This document shows positions 1 to 13,866 of a stretch of DNA of 64,000 nt, piece by piece. The stretch lies in contig JAMDHS010000038.1 of NCBI GenBank assembly GCA_029717555.1, forward strand, positions 62,001 through 126,000, written 5' to 3'. Positions within the stretch are counted from its first letter, which is position 1. Every line of letters starts with the position of its first letter. Position numbers and translations under genes: made by a program. The notes beneath the pieces are model-generated. The model was not told the origin of the DNA, did no database searches, and worked only from the letters and a program-made list of their open reading frames with translations. The stretch is from Peribolospora baueri. Its lineage: Eukaryota.

Positions 1-991
1 GAGGGGGCGGCGGAAACGCAAGAGTTCGTCAAGCCGCCGAGGAGGAGAGGAAAAGCCAGAAGACGGCATAAACAGATCTCCGGAGCGGGACACGGCCGCA
101 GAGGATTACAGAATCGACATGATATCCCTCTATTTTGCGGACGCCGAATACTTCCCGCTCTCGATGCCACGCATGTTCGGTCACCTCCCCTTGCCGTTCA
201 AACCGCCCCAGCCTCAACTCAGGTCGGAGAAGACAGTCCAACGCTTTTCAGGCGGACAAGCCCATGGCGGAACGACGATGGCGGAGACGACGGCCGCATT
301 TCCATACAACGTGTCTTTCAAAGCCGCTGATTGGGTCGAGCAACGTCTTCCGGAAGATGACCAGGGATATGACATCGTTCTCGGGTGCGCATCAAGCATC
401 TGGCCGCTGCCTTTGACTCGGCCGGTCTGCTTGGTATCCGTGGCTTGCTGATATCCTTGCTGACCTTACATCCTTCACGCTCTCTCCCCCACCTGTCACC
501 AGCCTTTCGCTCACCAAATGGATTCATCTCAATGGACTGGACCAGGGCCTGAAGAGATTTTTCCAGTGCGTTTTCAACGTGCTCAGACCGGGCGGGTTGT
601 TCATCTTGGAGAGGCAGGAGTGGGCCAGTTATGGACAGGCAAGAAGGATTAGTGCAGTGAGTTTGACGGTGAAGAGCAAAGGATGAACGCGCGTACGCAC
701 GGGTAATTTACATTGCCGATCCTTTCACACTCGGCCCTCAGGATCTTCGCCGGAACTACGACCGCCTCGAACTACGCCCGGACGACTTCGATCGTACATT
801 GATCGACGAAGTCGGCTTCTCGGGTTGGGAAAGATTGGGCACTATACCGGGAAGAGGTGGGTTCAGCGGTAGAGACGTCTGTCTGTGGCTCATGACGGTC
901 GCGTCTGACGTATGGCTTCCGTTTGGCTTTGGCTTGCCCAGGCTTTCGTCGCCCACTAGACGTCTTCATTAAAGGTGCTGAGAAGAATTAA
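1..991 (+). CDS. BIN3: Bin3/MePCE-family RNA 5'-phosphate methyltransferase, 3' part (5' end outside window); introns 385-502, 657-741, 857-941
   Basis: Spliced translation gives FPYNVSFKAADWV...YDIVLG|LSLTKWIHLNGLDQGLKRFF...LRPGGLFILERQEWASY...ELRPDDF...GFRRPLDVFIK, matching Bin3 C-terminal motifs (TKWIHLN, LRPGG, GFxRP); all GT-AG; stop TAA 989-991. Confidence 0.88.
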
Positions 992-1755
992 ATTGGCCTA
1001 GCTATTCTCCGAGCCAGTGGGCGACACTGCCGTTCGGATGATCCACCATGGCTTTGTCGATCGAAATGATGGACACGGGGGCTGCTCATAGACGGGAATT
1101 TGAGGTGCAGGGTCCGATGAATGGAGACAGTGAAGGTTCGCACCCCTTCTCCTCCACCGGCACCCTTGCCAGCCGAACCGCCATCCGCCTCCGCGATGGG
1201 AGCGCGCGCCATCGCTATAAACAGATTCGAGTACAAATGCAGCAGGGTAGTACGGACTTTAGACATTGTTCTGTTGCGCTCCAGACGCCGTGCGGAGCGC
1301 GATCGTGGTCTTTCGGTTGGGACGGTACCTCGAGCACCACGCGAGTACTGCCCGGATCTTCGTCGGCACGTATGCTTACCTTATCCGCCCCGCTTCGCAG
1401 TGCGCAGCGCGCTGTTCAACAATACGATGCGATGGCGAAGCGATGCGATGGTCCCGTCCGCCTCTCAGTCTCGAACAAAGCTTTCTAAGGCGGGGAAGAC
1501 ATCTGTGCACGGAAGGCCCATGAGACGTCATTGACCACGTAGACGAGACCTTCCTTCACGCTCACGAAGTCACATTATCAACTCCATCGACCATGTGACT
1601 GCTTATCTGGTAATGCGAGTCCGTGCACGTGATACCACTTCTAGGTTCATAGTCGTCGAGGTTTGGCTCGAATGACGCAGCACCTTCAACCTTTAACCTG
1701 CCTAGAGAACGACGACAACGACGACGGTCACGGCAACAAGAGCGAAATCAGACCA

Positions 1756-2772
1756 ATGACGCCCTACCAAGCCCTTCTTGCCCGCGTCCCTTCTGCAAAG
1801 CTTGACCCCGTCACCGGCGAGCCTCATCTCCCCATCCTCTTCCCTCCCCGACAAGCCTCAGCAGGGCGCATTGAGGCTGACGCCATGGAGAGAGGGCGAT
1901 GGTGTTGGTGAGCGGACGGTAGAAAGAAGGCCTTCTGGACGCCATGGCGGACGGCGACGCTGACCGACAGTCCTTCGTCCTTCGTCCTTTCTCCTAGCCA
2001 GCCGTCATGAACGATGAAAGGATCTATCTCAACCTCGCCAATGTTCCATATCCGTGAGTTTGGTCATATGATTTTATCTTCTTATGACTCCTGTCGCCGT
2101 CGACTCGGGCTTGGGCTCCGACTCGGCTTGGCTTAGGCTTAGCGACGGCCACTACTGAACCTCCCTGCACCGCGTCTCCTCCTAATATTCACCCGTCACG
2201 TTCGACTGCTAGGTATACGGAAGAGCATGCAAAGCAATGGACGACGGCGCGACTGAGTCAGGACGCCCATTCGCTTCGTCTTCTCTCCGACCCGGCCGCC
2301 TCTGCGGCGGACCTGGTGCGCATCGCCGGTTGTCCCTTTTCGGTCGTGCGGGAGGTACGCTACCGAGACGGGGACGGCAGCGCCGACGAGCGTGGGGGCG
2401 AGGGTGAGGAGAACGCCGGCACAACGGAAGGGAGCGCTATCCTCGGCCACATGGGCATCCAACGTGACGACCCCGCCCACGCGCCCGGAGGGTTCTTAGC
2501 CACGCACGGCCAACTGTCCGGTGGCGTACCGTCAGCGTCGTCGATCGTATGGAGCGTCGGCGATGCTCCATCCTTCGCACCACAACCGCGGCATCATGAC
2601 CGCCGTCCTCCAGACCCTCCTTCGCGCGTACATCGTTCCCATCATGAGCGTGCGCAGGGTCAGAGCCACCGCGCTGGTCGACAATTGGCCAGGCCGGAGG
2701 ATGTTTGTTGAAAGCAAGGGCGGTGGGGAGAAGGATATTTGGATCTTTGAGTGGGATGGAGAGGAAGCATGA
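1756..2772 (+). pseudogene. GNAT (RimJ/RimL-like) N-acetyltransferase with two frameshifts; introns 1908-2001, 2054-2212
   Basis: Family-like segments LDPVTGEPHL / RLTPWREGD / VMNDERIYLNLANVPYPYTEEHA / GCPFSVVRE / IVWSVGD / LHPSHHNRGIMTAV are collinear but need frame changes at ~1830-1833 and ~2562-2565; no GT-AG intron is available at either site. Confidence 0.7.
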
Positions 2773-3652
2773 ACAATCGACGAGGATGACGGCGAGGACA
2801 GGGACGCATCTCTATCTTGGTATACCTTTTTCCAGCGGCAAAGCGAGTATGAGTCGCAAGGAGGGGAGCGTACTTTAGACGCTCCGTAAGCTATCTAGGA
2901 ACATGCGCATCGAGAAGCTCCCGGAGTTCAAGAAGGGGTCGCTAAAGCTGAGGTGGTCATTTGTGGTATTGGCATAGCCCCTTCTCATCGCGGCCGCCTC
3001 GAACACTCGAAACTGTTCGATGATTTTTTTTCATAGCAGGGCTAACTCATCGCCACCTTTTCGTCTCTCTCTGTAGATTAACAGCATGACGGGTCCACAT
3101 TCTTCATTGAAGACACTTCCAAACTCTTCTGGAAGAACACTTTAACGTGAGGGAGAGGCCGCCACTGCACCTGCAACCTCGCCATTTGTTATCATACCTT
3201 ACACGCCTCTGAAAGACATCGAGAGTTGACTTTCGGATTGCATCGGCAAGGGCCATCCCACTGCGAGCGGCGACTCCACAGCCGCGGGCGAGGAAAAGAG
3301 AGAAAGAGGAGGGAGAATCGGTCCAATGCCGAGGAGGTATATTCTACACACGAGGGGATGGAGACAGCGCCATTGGGCTTGCTGTCGCGCGACATCAAGG
3401 ATGGGGGCATGAGAGGATGGACTCTGGATTCTGATCAAACGTTGTGATATGAGAAGAGCGGAGCAGAAGTGCCTCAGTCGGAGTCGTGAGGCTCTAAATG
3501 AGAGTCGAGCGCCCATGTCCGTGTGAACTGCTCGAGACGCGAGCCGGGAAATTCTTTTTTCGCGGGCACGCATTATGGGAGGGGAACAACCGAATCTGTA
3601 AATGGATAGAGCGGGAAGTCCTCCGCTTCTATGCTCTCGCTCCCAGCTCAGA

Positions 3653-6600
3653 TCACTCCGTTCCCTCAGACTGGGACATCTGCACGTCCGCGTTGTCCGC
3701 TTCGAGTTGACCTTGCGGCGCAGCCACCAACCCGGTTTGCTCGGCGGCGATCGCGATCGCGATCTCATCCAGCGGCGCCGTCACCTCGCTGCCGTCTTCG
3801 AGCTTCTTCCTCAATCCGAACGGCGTCACCTCCGTCTCTGGCGACACCCCCGGTCCGAGAGGGGCCTCAGGAGAAGCGGAGGCCGCCGAGATGAGGTCGG
3901 AGCTTCCGGAGAGGCTCCCGCGTCGGCGTGGCGTAGACGAACCGCCAATGGCTACAGTATCCTGGCCTCCAGCCGAGCCCGAACTGGAGCTGCGACTGCG
4001 CGTACGCGGCGGCGAGCCCGTGAGCGCGCTGCCTCCCTGCCCATCTCGCTGCTGTCGAATGGATGACGGGTCGAACAGGTCGAAGTGCGGCGCCGAAGGG
4101 CTCGATGATCCTTGCCAGCTGGGCGACACCGGCGACGTACTTGCCGTCGGCGTCCTGGCACCATCATCGTCCGGCCTAAAGGCAGAGTCTCCGAAGGAAT
4201 CATCGAACGAGTCGTCGAACGAGGCACCCTGTTGAAAGTCGGCGTTCCAGTCTGCTGAAGATCCGAAATGAAACGTCGCCACCCAACTTCTCGTCAGGGT
4301 CCCACCCTTGCAGCTCTCATTCGAAATCAAATTCATCCATGCTCACCTGTAGTGAGCTTGCCCCTAGACACAGAGCTCGTTGGCGGCGCGAACGGGTCTT
4401 TAACCGAGGCAGACGCGGTCGACGTCGAAGGTGCCGAAGGAAACCCGAAGGCGTCAGAACTTGAAAACGGGCCGAAGGCGTCATCTTCCCTTGAGGCATC
4501 GCTGGTTCCCATCCCGGACTCAAAGTCTCCAAAGTCGTCGTCTTGAGAAGGACTGAACTCGTCCTGATGTGACCGAGGGGACACCGTAGAGGTACGGTGT
4601 CAGAAAAGTTCAGAACATTCGCCAAAGCGATTCGAGCGACTCACATCGAAGGAGGAGCTGCCGTCTCCTCTGTAGGACCGCCGAGTCGTGCCGAATATGC
4701 GATTATCCGTCATCCAACCAGCCGCGTCATCCTCGTCATCATCCTCGTCCGAGCTGCCAAACTTGTCCGGCAAGTCGCTGGAGATTTGCTGCGAGAGGTA
4801 GCGCGCAAACTGGCCGCCGCCGACAACATCCGAGTTGAGGCCTGCAGCGGCAGTGGCAGGGCTGAAGGCGGAGCTGAAGCCGGGCGCTTCTTCGGACAAG
4901 GCGAGGCCCAGACGGAGTTTGCGCGCCCCGAAATCGTCGTCGTCGTCAGCCACATCCACTTCTACGTCCAGGCTGTTGTTTCCAACGTTCGTGGCTGGCC
5001 GGCCGCCACCTAATGGGTGGGAGTCCTTTTCCCTGCTCTCACGCAGCGAGCCTTCAACTAACGCCGTCCAAGCAGCTTCGTCCACGGCACCTTCGCTGGT
5101 AAGTTGCACGTACAGCTGCGGATAATGGTCGAAGAGCTTGACGATCTCGTCGGCAATGAGATAGACGTGGCCCATGAAGCCTAATCGAATAGGCTTCGGT
5201 TGTCCCTCCGATTCTGCATTACGTCGATCTGCTTCCAAAATCCGAGAAATGAGACGTCCGGATCGGAAGACGGCGCCAACGAGAGCCTTGTTAAGGTTGG
5301 GAGTCGTTGCAACCGAAGCAGATGAGGTGACCGCGCTGGACTGCGGTGGGGAAGAGGACGCAACGTCTTCCATGGGTGCGTGGAAGACCTGTTGCAGGAC
5401 GTCGTACACGACGTTGTGGAGAAAATTGTTCCATGGGAAAGAAAAGAACAAGTCCTGCGTCGAGGTAGAGCAGAAACCAGAACGCAGGAAATCGGGGGAG
5501 TTCAGCTTCGGCTTCCCTGGCGCAAAGACCACTGACACCGTCCGAAAACAAGGAGCCGAGTGAAAAACTTCGTCGACACTCACGATGATACCTTCGATCA
5601 CCTCTTCTCTCAGGAAACTCTTTTTCAAAACGTGGCCGGGAATGTTCGGAATTGGAGAGCCAGTGCTGTTGATCGCGTGCAAAGTCTTGGTACCCTCACC
5701 AAACGGTCCTTCAGCCGATTCAGGAAAGAGATGCTCGCCCTTTGGCTCGACTGCTGGTGCCTCTGAAAGCGGCGCGGCTTGTTGTCCCGCAAGGTCGTCC
5801 GCAGCGGCAACGTCTAGGCCCTCGTCCTCCTCCATCGACCCCGCACTGATGCTGCTCGCCTCACGCGCATGTCGGCCACGGCGCCGTCGCGGAGCCTCAT
5901 CAGCATCGAAAACCGACTCTGAAGGTGGACTGGTTGAGCGGGCGCCGTCAGGAAGGGTGAAGTCGCCTGAAGTGGTAACGGCACTCTCCGGCTCGGCCGA
6001 CGGAACCAGGTCGCCTGTTTTGGGTGCTTCCTGAAAGTTGGGCTCGTCGTTCCCGGCGCTGCCTTGAAGAAGTCGGCCGAGCTTCTGGAGGCCATCCAAG
6101 CCTCCAAGCAGAGTCCCGTCGGGAGCGTACTCTGGTCCGACGTCGAACGGACGGTTGAAAGGGCCCATGTTAGAGCAGTGGAGTAACTCAGCGTACAGCT
6201 CGGCGATGCGGTATCGTTCCGTCGTCAGAGGAGTGACCATGCCCAACGGGGTCGATTGAGGGGAACGCTGTCACCAGGACGAGGTGCCGAACAAAGAGTT
6301 ATTTGATGTTGGCAGCAAAAAACATTCATAGGATAATGAGTCACAGGATGGACAAACTCACCCCGCTTCTCGGCTCTTTGATGCGAGCCTGCAGGTCACC
6401 CATCTTCGACCCGAGGATTTGGAGGACAAAGGTGAGGTTGACGATGCCCAAGCGCCGGGTGACTTCCTCCATAGCTTTCTCCATGGCGTCTTTCTCCGCA
6501 CTCTCCGCCTCATCCACCGCGCCCGTATCCTCGCGCCGGCCCACCTCCTCGTCCGACGACCCTGCCTCGATCTCGATGGCAGAAGTGGGCGGCGAGGAAG

Positions 6601-8942
6601 ACGCCAGAGACGCACACGAGTCTTTGACCGTCGCATCGCTCGCGTCAGACGCGAACGAGTCCTCTCTCCGATCCCATCGGCCTGCCGCTTCCTCCCGAGC
6701 CTTGGCCAGCTCCTCCTGCTTCCTTTGCTCCTTCTCGCGCTCCTTCTCCTCCCTCCTCTCCCTCTGCACCTCGACCAATCTGCCGCGGAGAGTGTGAAAG
6801 AGATACTGTTCGAAGAAGTCGGCGTTGTTCTTCCGGATGAGCTCGACGAGCACGCCGATCGCCGTAGTGAGGCTGCTCAACCGACTAGCCGGCGTGGGCG
6901 GAGAGGTAATGGGCAGTTGCGGAGGCGGAGGGATGGTCCCAGAGGGGGAAGGGAAACTGGAGAGACCGAAGCTGTGGGATGGAGGAGCGGTCCGGCTAGG
7001 AGCACCGGAAGGAGGCGTGGAACCGGAGATTTGGGCAGACGGTGAAGGAAGGGGCATTCCTTCTGAGGCGGGAGAGTCGCGCGGATTTAGAGGTAATGGC
7101 ATCGTCTCTCCTTCTTCCTCCTCCACGACGCCAGGCTTGTCCTCCACACTCAGAGCGCCTTGCCTCGCTCCATCATCCCTCGAGCTAAGCGAGAGTGTGG
7201 GCGTGCGCGGAGTGGGCGGAGGCACTTCGCTGCTAAAGCGGCCCACGCCTATCGACGCACCCATCCTCAAAGACCTTCCGTCAGTGCCGCCTATCCCACC
7301 ATCTTCGGTATTGTTCTCCTCTCCGGTCTTCGGCTCCAAGTTCGTGGCATCCAGACTGTCCCTAACGTCCGCCTCCGCGTCACATCCGTCGTGGCTTTCG
7401 AGCATCCAACGGACCAACGACTTGACGCTCTCCTCAGAGACCAGCTCTCTAGCGAGACGATTGTTCAAGTAGGCACGGCCTAATCCCAGTGGCGGTTCGT
7501 TTTCCCCTCCGGCCGGTCCGCCTCCACTGTTCCCGCTGCCGGCCATGAAGGCTCCCGGACCTCCACTGGGATCGGCCGATCCAAACGCGGCCGCCGCCTC
7601 AACCCCTGCTGTATTGCCGCCATCGCTACCGCCGAAGGGGTTGGACACGCCACCGGAATTAGCGCTGCCCGACCCGGAGCTGAGCGAGGAAGGCGAGGGC
7701 GCGGAAAAGGCGATGATAGCCCTGAGGAGGTCCGAGACGGCGTTGTGAAGGTCGGGCGAGTAAGAGGGCGATAGCAAGGCGATAGTCCGTGGGATTAGAC
7801 GCTCCCGCGTGAGCCACTGTCCCGTAAGGATGAAATCAGCCATGTCGGTAGGGGGCGGACGTCGGTAGAAAGAAGAGTAAGCTCGCTTTCGCTTCGAGAT
7901 ACGACTTCTCTTCACGACCTTTGCGAGGCTACTCACGTCCACAACGCCGGAGATACTCGGCTGCTCCTCGCACTGGACAATCCGGTAAAGCATGTCCGCC
8001 ACCGCGGGAGCTTCCAGATGCGCGACGAGGCGCTCGACGATCCTAGGCCGGGAGCGTATAAAGTTCATCATCTGCACGCAAGAAAAGACACAGATTCGCA
8101 AGGTGAGCTTTGGTCGATGGGCGGACAGAAGAACGGCGTTTGTTTCAACTTGTACCTCTGGAAGAGGACGATGGTACGCACGTCGTTTCCTTTCCGATCA
8201 AGAAAGCTGCTGTTGACCCTTGTCCAGAGCCCGATGGTGGTGGCCGCGTTGGGATTTTCTCGGAGCCCCTCGCCCTCGCTGTCGGAACCCGAAGAGAGAC
8301 CGGCCGGACCGGGCTCAAGGCCCAAAGCGCTGGGTTCTATGAGCTCCCCCTCTCCTTCCGTCTGTTCCGTATCAGAAGATCCGGAAGATGTCTCCGAAAG
8401 AGGCGGGAGGTGACAGAGAGGGAGAACGGCGTCCCAGAACGGTCCGAGGAGGTGCTGCGTCGTGGACGGTGAGCTGAAGATGGCTTCAACGATGGCCCAA
8501 AGGTCGGAGGTAAGGATTTCGGCGGCGTAGTAAGGGTATCTAACAGAAGAGGGAAGAACGACGAGTGGACAAAAAAGAGCTCATGTTCAGCTCGAATAGC
8601 CGTGCTCCAAACGTCTGCATGATGCAACGACATTTTCTCCGCCTTTCCGGTCGTCGGCTACCCCGTCGATGCATTAAGGAAGAGCTGGTGGACTCACTTG
8701 TAAATCCTCTTTTCCCTTTCTTCTCCCTCCCTTTCCCTCCACCCTGTCTCTCCAACAACCATCTCAAGGAGTCTCTTGAGCGTCTTCTCCCTCGTGAGGT
8801 AATCGACGAGCCTCGAGTTCTGTATCTTGAGCTCGGACAGCAAATCGTCCTCATCGAGGAGTTCCTCGAGCATGAAGCCGTCCGGCCCTCGGTCGAGGAG
8901 GTTGTCGAGAGAGTGTGAAACGGAGGCGAAACGCCAAAACAT
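3653..8942 (-). CDS. SIT4/PP6 phosphatase-associated protein (SAPS family; Sap155/185/190, Ekc1-like), multi-exon
   Basis: N-terminus MFWRFA...LDNLLD...LEELLDEDDLLSELK; motifs KYPYYAAEIL, IELIRKNNADF-like, ERYRIAELYAELLHCSNM, FFSFPWNNFLHNVVYD, IRLGFMGHV; acidic low-complexity tail; canonical introns. Confidence 0.93.
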
Positions 8943-9480
8943 TTTCGGACAGCGAAGGCGTCGGGGTCGGTGCCGCCGGCTTGAGGGAAAGAGAGGAGGG
9001 ACAAGAGGGGGGTGTGGGAGGGCTGGAGAAGACCCAGAAAGTCGAAGCGAACAAGACTAGAAGCGGGGGAGACGCAACGCCTCGCTTGCCAAAAAGCCGT
9101 GCAAAGGGCGATTCGATGGAAGGGGAGAAGAAGAAGGAGGAAGTTGGGGAGAATCAAGCTAAGGAGGGCAGAGCACGAAGGGAGGAAGAACACGACGAGC
9201 TCGAATCCATCGTCCGTCCTGTCTGTCCGTCTGCTTGCGAGTCTGACCGGGTCGTCCGTCCGCCTGTCTTGTATGTGCCGGAACGTAGAACGGAGGCGGT
9301 GGAGGGCGGTGGAGGTTGAGAAGCAATGAAGAGACTTGGCTCTTTTCTCTGTCTCCTCGTTCTCCGTCTTCTCGGCTCGATGTGAAGTGACAGACGACGT
9401 CGCAGGTTGCGTGCTGCGGCAACCGTGCGTCCAACCCAAGTCGGCGACTCCCACAGCCATCCTTTCGCCGGCAGTCCACC

Positions 9481-10162
9481 ATGGCGTCTCAACACCCACT
9501 ACAGCAACCACAGCAGCCGCCACGCCCATACCAGCCTCAGCCTCAGCATCAGCATCAGCTTCAGCTTCAGCATCAGCAGCACCATCCCGCTCAGCCCTAT
9601 GTGCCGCCACAGTACCCCCAAGCGGCGCCGAGGGGCAGGCGGCCGTTCCAGCGGAGAGGACTGTTTGCGAGGGACCGTGAGTCGTTTTGTTTCGCATCGG
9701 TTGGGCCCCCTTTGTTGACGTCCGTCTCGTGCCGGTTTCCCTTGTTGATGTCCGTCGCAGTGAGGGGACTGATGTACGCCTTTGGAGACGACCCCAACCC
9801 GGCGCCGGACACGGTCAACCTGCTCGAGGAAATGGTGGTCGACTACATCACCGAGCTGGTGCGTGCACCCACCCGATCCCTATCCGTCCATTTGCTTCAG
9901 CCCCGGGCAGCGATTGATTTAGAGCGTGGGTGAGAGGGACTGACGGTCTGATCCGCCTTGGCAGTGCCTCCAAGCTCAACGCTCCTCGCATGGCCGCTCG
10001 CGGATCAAGGTGGACGACCTAAAGTTTGCTCTGCGCAAGGACTCCAAGAAGCTGGCAAGGGTGGAGGAGCTACTGTACATGCAGCAGGACATCAAGCGGG
10101 CCAGGGCGCAGTTCGAGCCGGGCGTGGGCGAGCCGGCCGCCGGCGCCGGTAGCGGTTCTTGA
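9481..10162 (+). CDS. TAF13: TFIID subunit TAF13 (histone fold); exons 9481-9676, 9761-9858, 9965-10162; Gln/His/Pro-rich N-terminus
   Basis: GLFARD|LRGLMYAFGDDPNPAPDTVNLLEEMVVDYITEL|...KVDDLKFALRKDSKKLARVEELLYMQQDIKRAR is the TAF13 signature. Confidence 0.93.
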
Positions 10163-10853
10163 ACGCGACGCTTGTACCTCGCTCGTTGTCGGCACTTGTG
10201 CTCTTGCGTATATGCGCATGTACGATACGGTGGCGTGTTGTTCGGGATGTACCCATATGGTTTCAATGCTAGTTTGTATAAAACGTCCGCAAGGGCTGTC
10301 GAGCGGCCTGCTATTGTACAAGTACATATCCCCAATAGCGGTCGCGACGAAGGCGTTCACATGTACGCTCGACAGCTCGACTCGCGCATTTGAGGACTGC
10401 AGGAAAGAAAAGATATGTCCGAGGACACTCAGGCCCCGCCGTCAAAGAGCCGCATGTAAGCGACCCTCGAGCGGGGTATAGTTATCGTCCTCGCCACTCG
10501 GAAGCGAATGGCTGGGTCCTTCTTCGACACTACGTCCCATCTCACGCCACCATGGTCGCAGCGCGGATTCTATCTAACGTGTCGGAGCAGATGCGAGAAT
10601 GAAGAAAGCAAAGAAAATTTGCGTTGGAGCTTCGATCTTCATTATACAGACTTACAGCAAGCACTGAGTAAAGACGTGATGAAAGGGGTCAGCTAGTCAA
10701 AGGGAAGCTAGCTGTGTGCCTTGCCAGTCCCCGTCGCTGAACAAACGAGAGCTCACCTGATTGGTAATACAGATCTATGGCCAGGGTATCTCATGCGGAG
10801 CTAAACAAGAAAGAAGAACTCTAAGGGCCGCGCGGTCGCAAGTCCGCCCATAG

Positions 10854-11347
10854 TCAAGCGGCGGGCACGTCTCTGCGGATTGACCATGGACGAGGGCGGC
10901 GGTGAACGTCAGCGATGTCGCAGCAGCAGAGATACATGACGGACGATATAGTTCTAGGCATCCACCACCGACTCACCTATGCTCTGGCAAGACGACCTCC
11001 CCGGTGACCGCGTCCACTTTTACGAGACGAGTGACCTCCACAGCCGGTCGTCCTGGACAGCTGTGCGACGTGGGATCAAAGCGAGATGAAGAATGAGTCG
11101 TCTACGTCTTGGACGAGGTCCAAAGTTGCGGAGAAGAAAGCGAGCGCAATGCCGAGGACTGGACGTACACCTGAAAGAAGCGCGGCACGGGGTAGCAGAC
11201 GACATCGTGCGTGCGCAGACGACACGAAAACTGGGTTATCTCGGAGAGCCTACATGGACCCGCCGGCTGTCGTCGCCCGTGCTCCTGCTTCTGCCTCTGC
11301 TTCTGTTCACCATCTTTCGACGAGAGTGGAGACGGGGGAGAGGGCAT
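10854..11347 (-). CDS. SOM1: Som1-like mitochondrial inner-membrane peptidase subunit, 93 aa; exons 11347-11169, 11060-10977, 10872-10854
   Basis: Two canonical introns (GTACGT..CAG, 108 nt; GTGAGT..GCTGAC..CAG, 104 nt) join in frame to MPSPP...CRLSEITQFSCRLRTHDVVCYPVPRFFQVCPGRPAVEVTRLVKVDAVTGEVVLPEHRDVPAA*. The four-Cys pattern C-x-L-x-E-x-x-Q-x-x-C...C-x-P-x-x-R-x-F-x-x-C...EVT is what I recall for the Som1 family. Confidence 0.72.
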
Positions 11348-11626
11348 GATTGCAAGGCAGGGCTAGGATGGAAGGCAAAACGGTATACGCATGAGGCGAC
11401 TCAAGAGGGAAAGGGGACCTTATTGTCAACGCAATTCCCACGAGCCGCCGTGCATGCGCACGTGGGCGTCGGCGAGTGGAGGCCGATTCCAGGGTTCAGG
11501 TCAATCAAGTACTTCTTCTCTTCTTCCCTCCCTTTGTCCTCCTCTCCTTCTTCCCCCATCTCACTCCTAACCCCCCCACCTCACTTCTTCCCCCTTTTCT
11601 CGTCATCCCCCACTCTCCCCTTCACA

Positions 11627-13866
<2,240 letters not shown>

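Noticed and set aside
2773..3230. Branch point/acceptor (GCTAAC...CTGTAG) and short ORFs after the GNAT pseudogene
   Set aside because: No coherent coding model could be assembled; possibly a UTR intron.
8540..9697. 385-aa minus-strand ORF and similar long ORFs (18732-20003, 23711-24724, 38472-39419, 16670-17611)
   Set aside because: Antisense or off-frame shadows of real genes in GC-rich DNA; no recognisable motifs.
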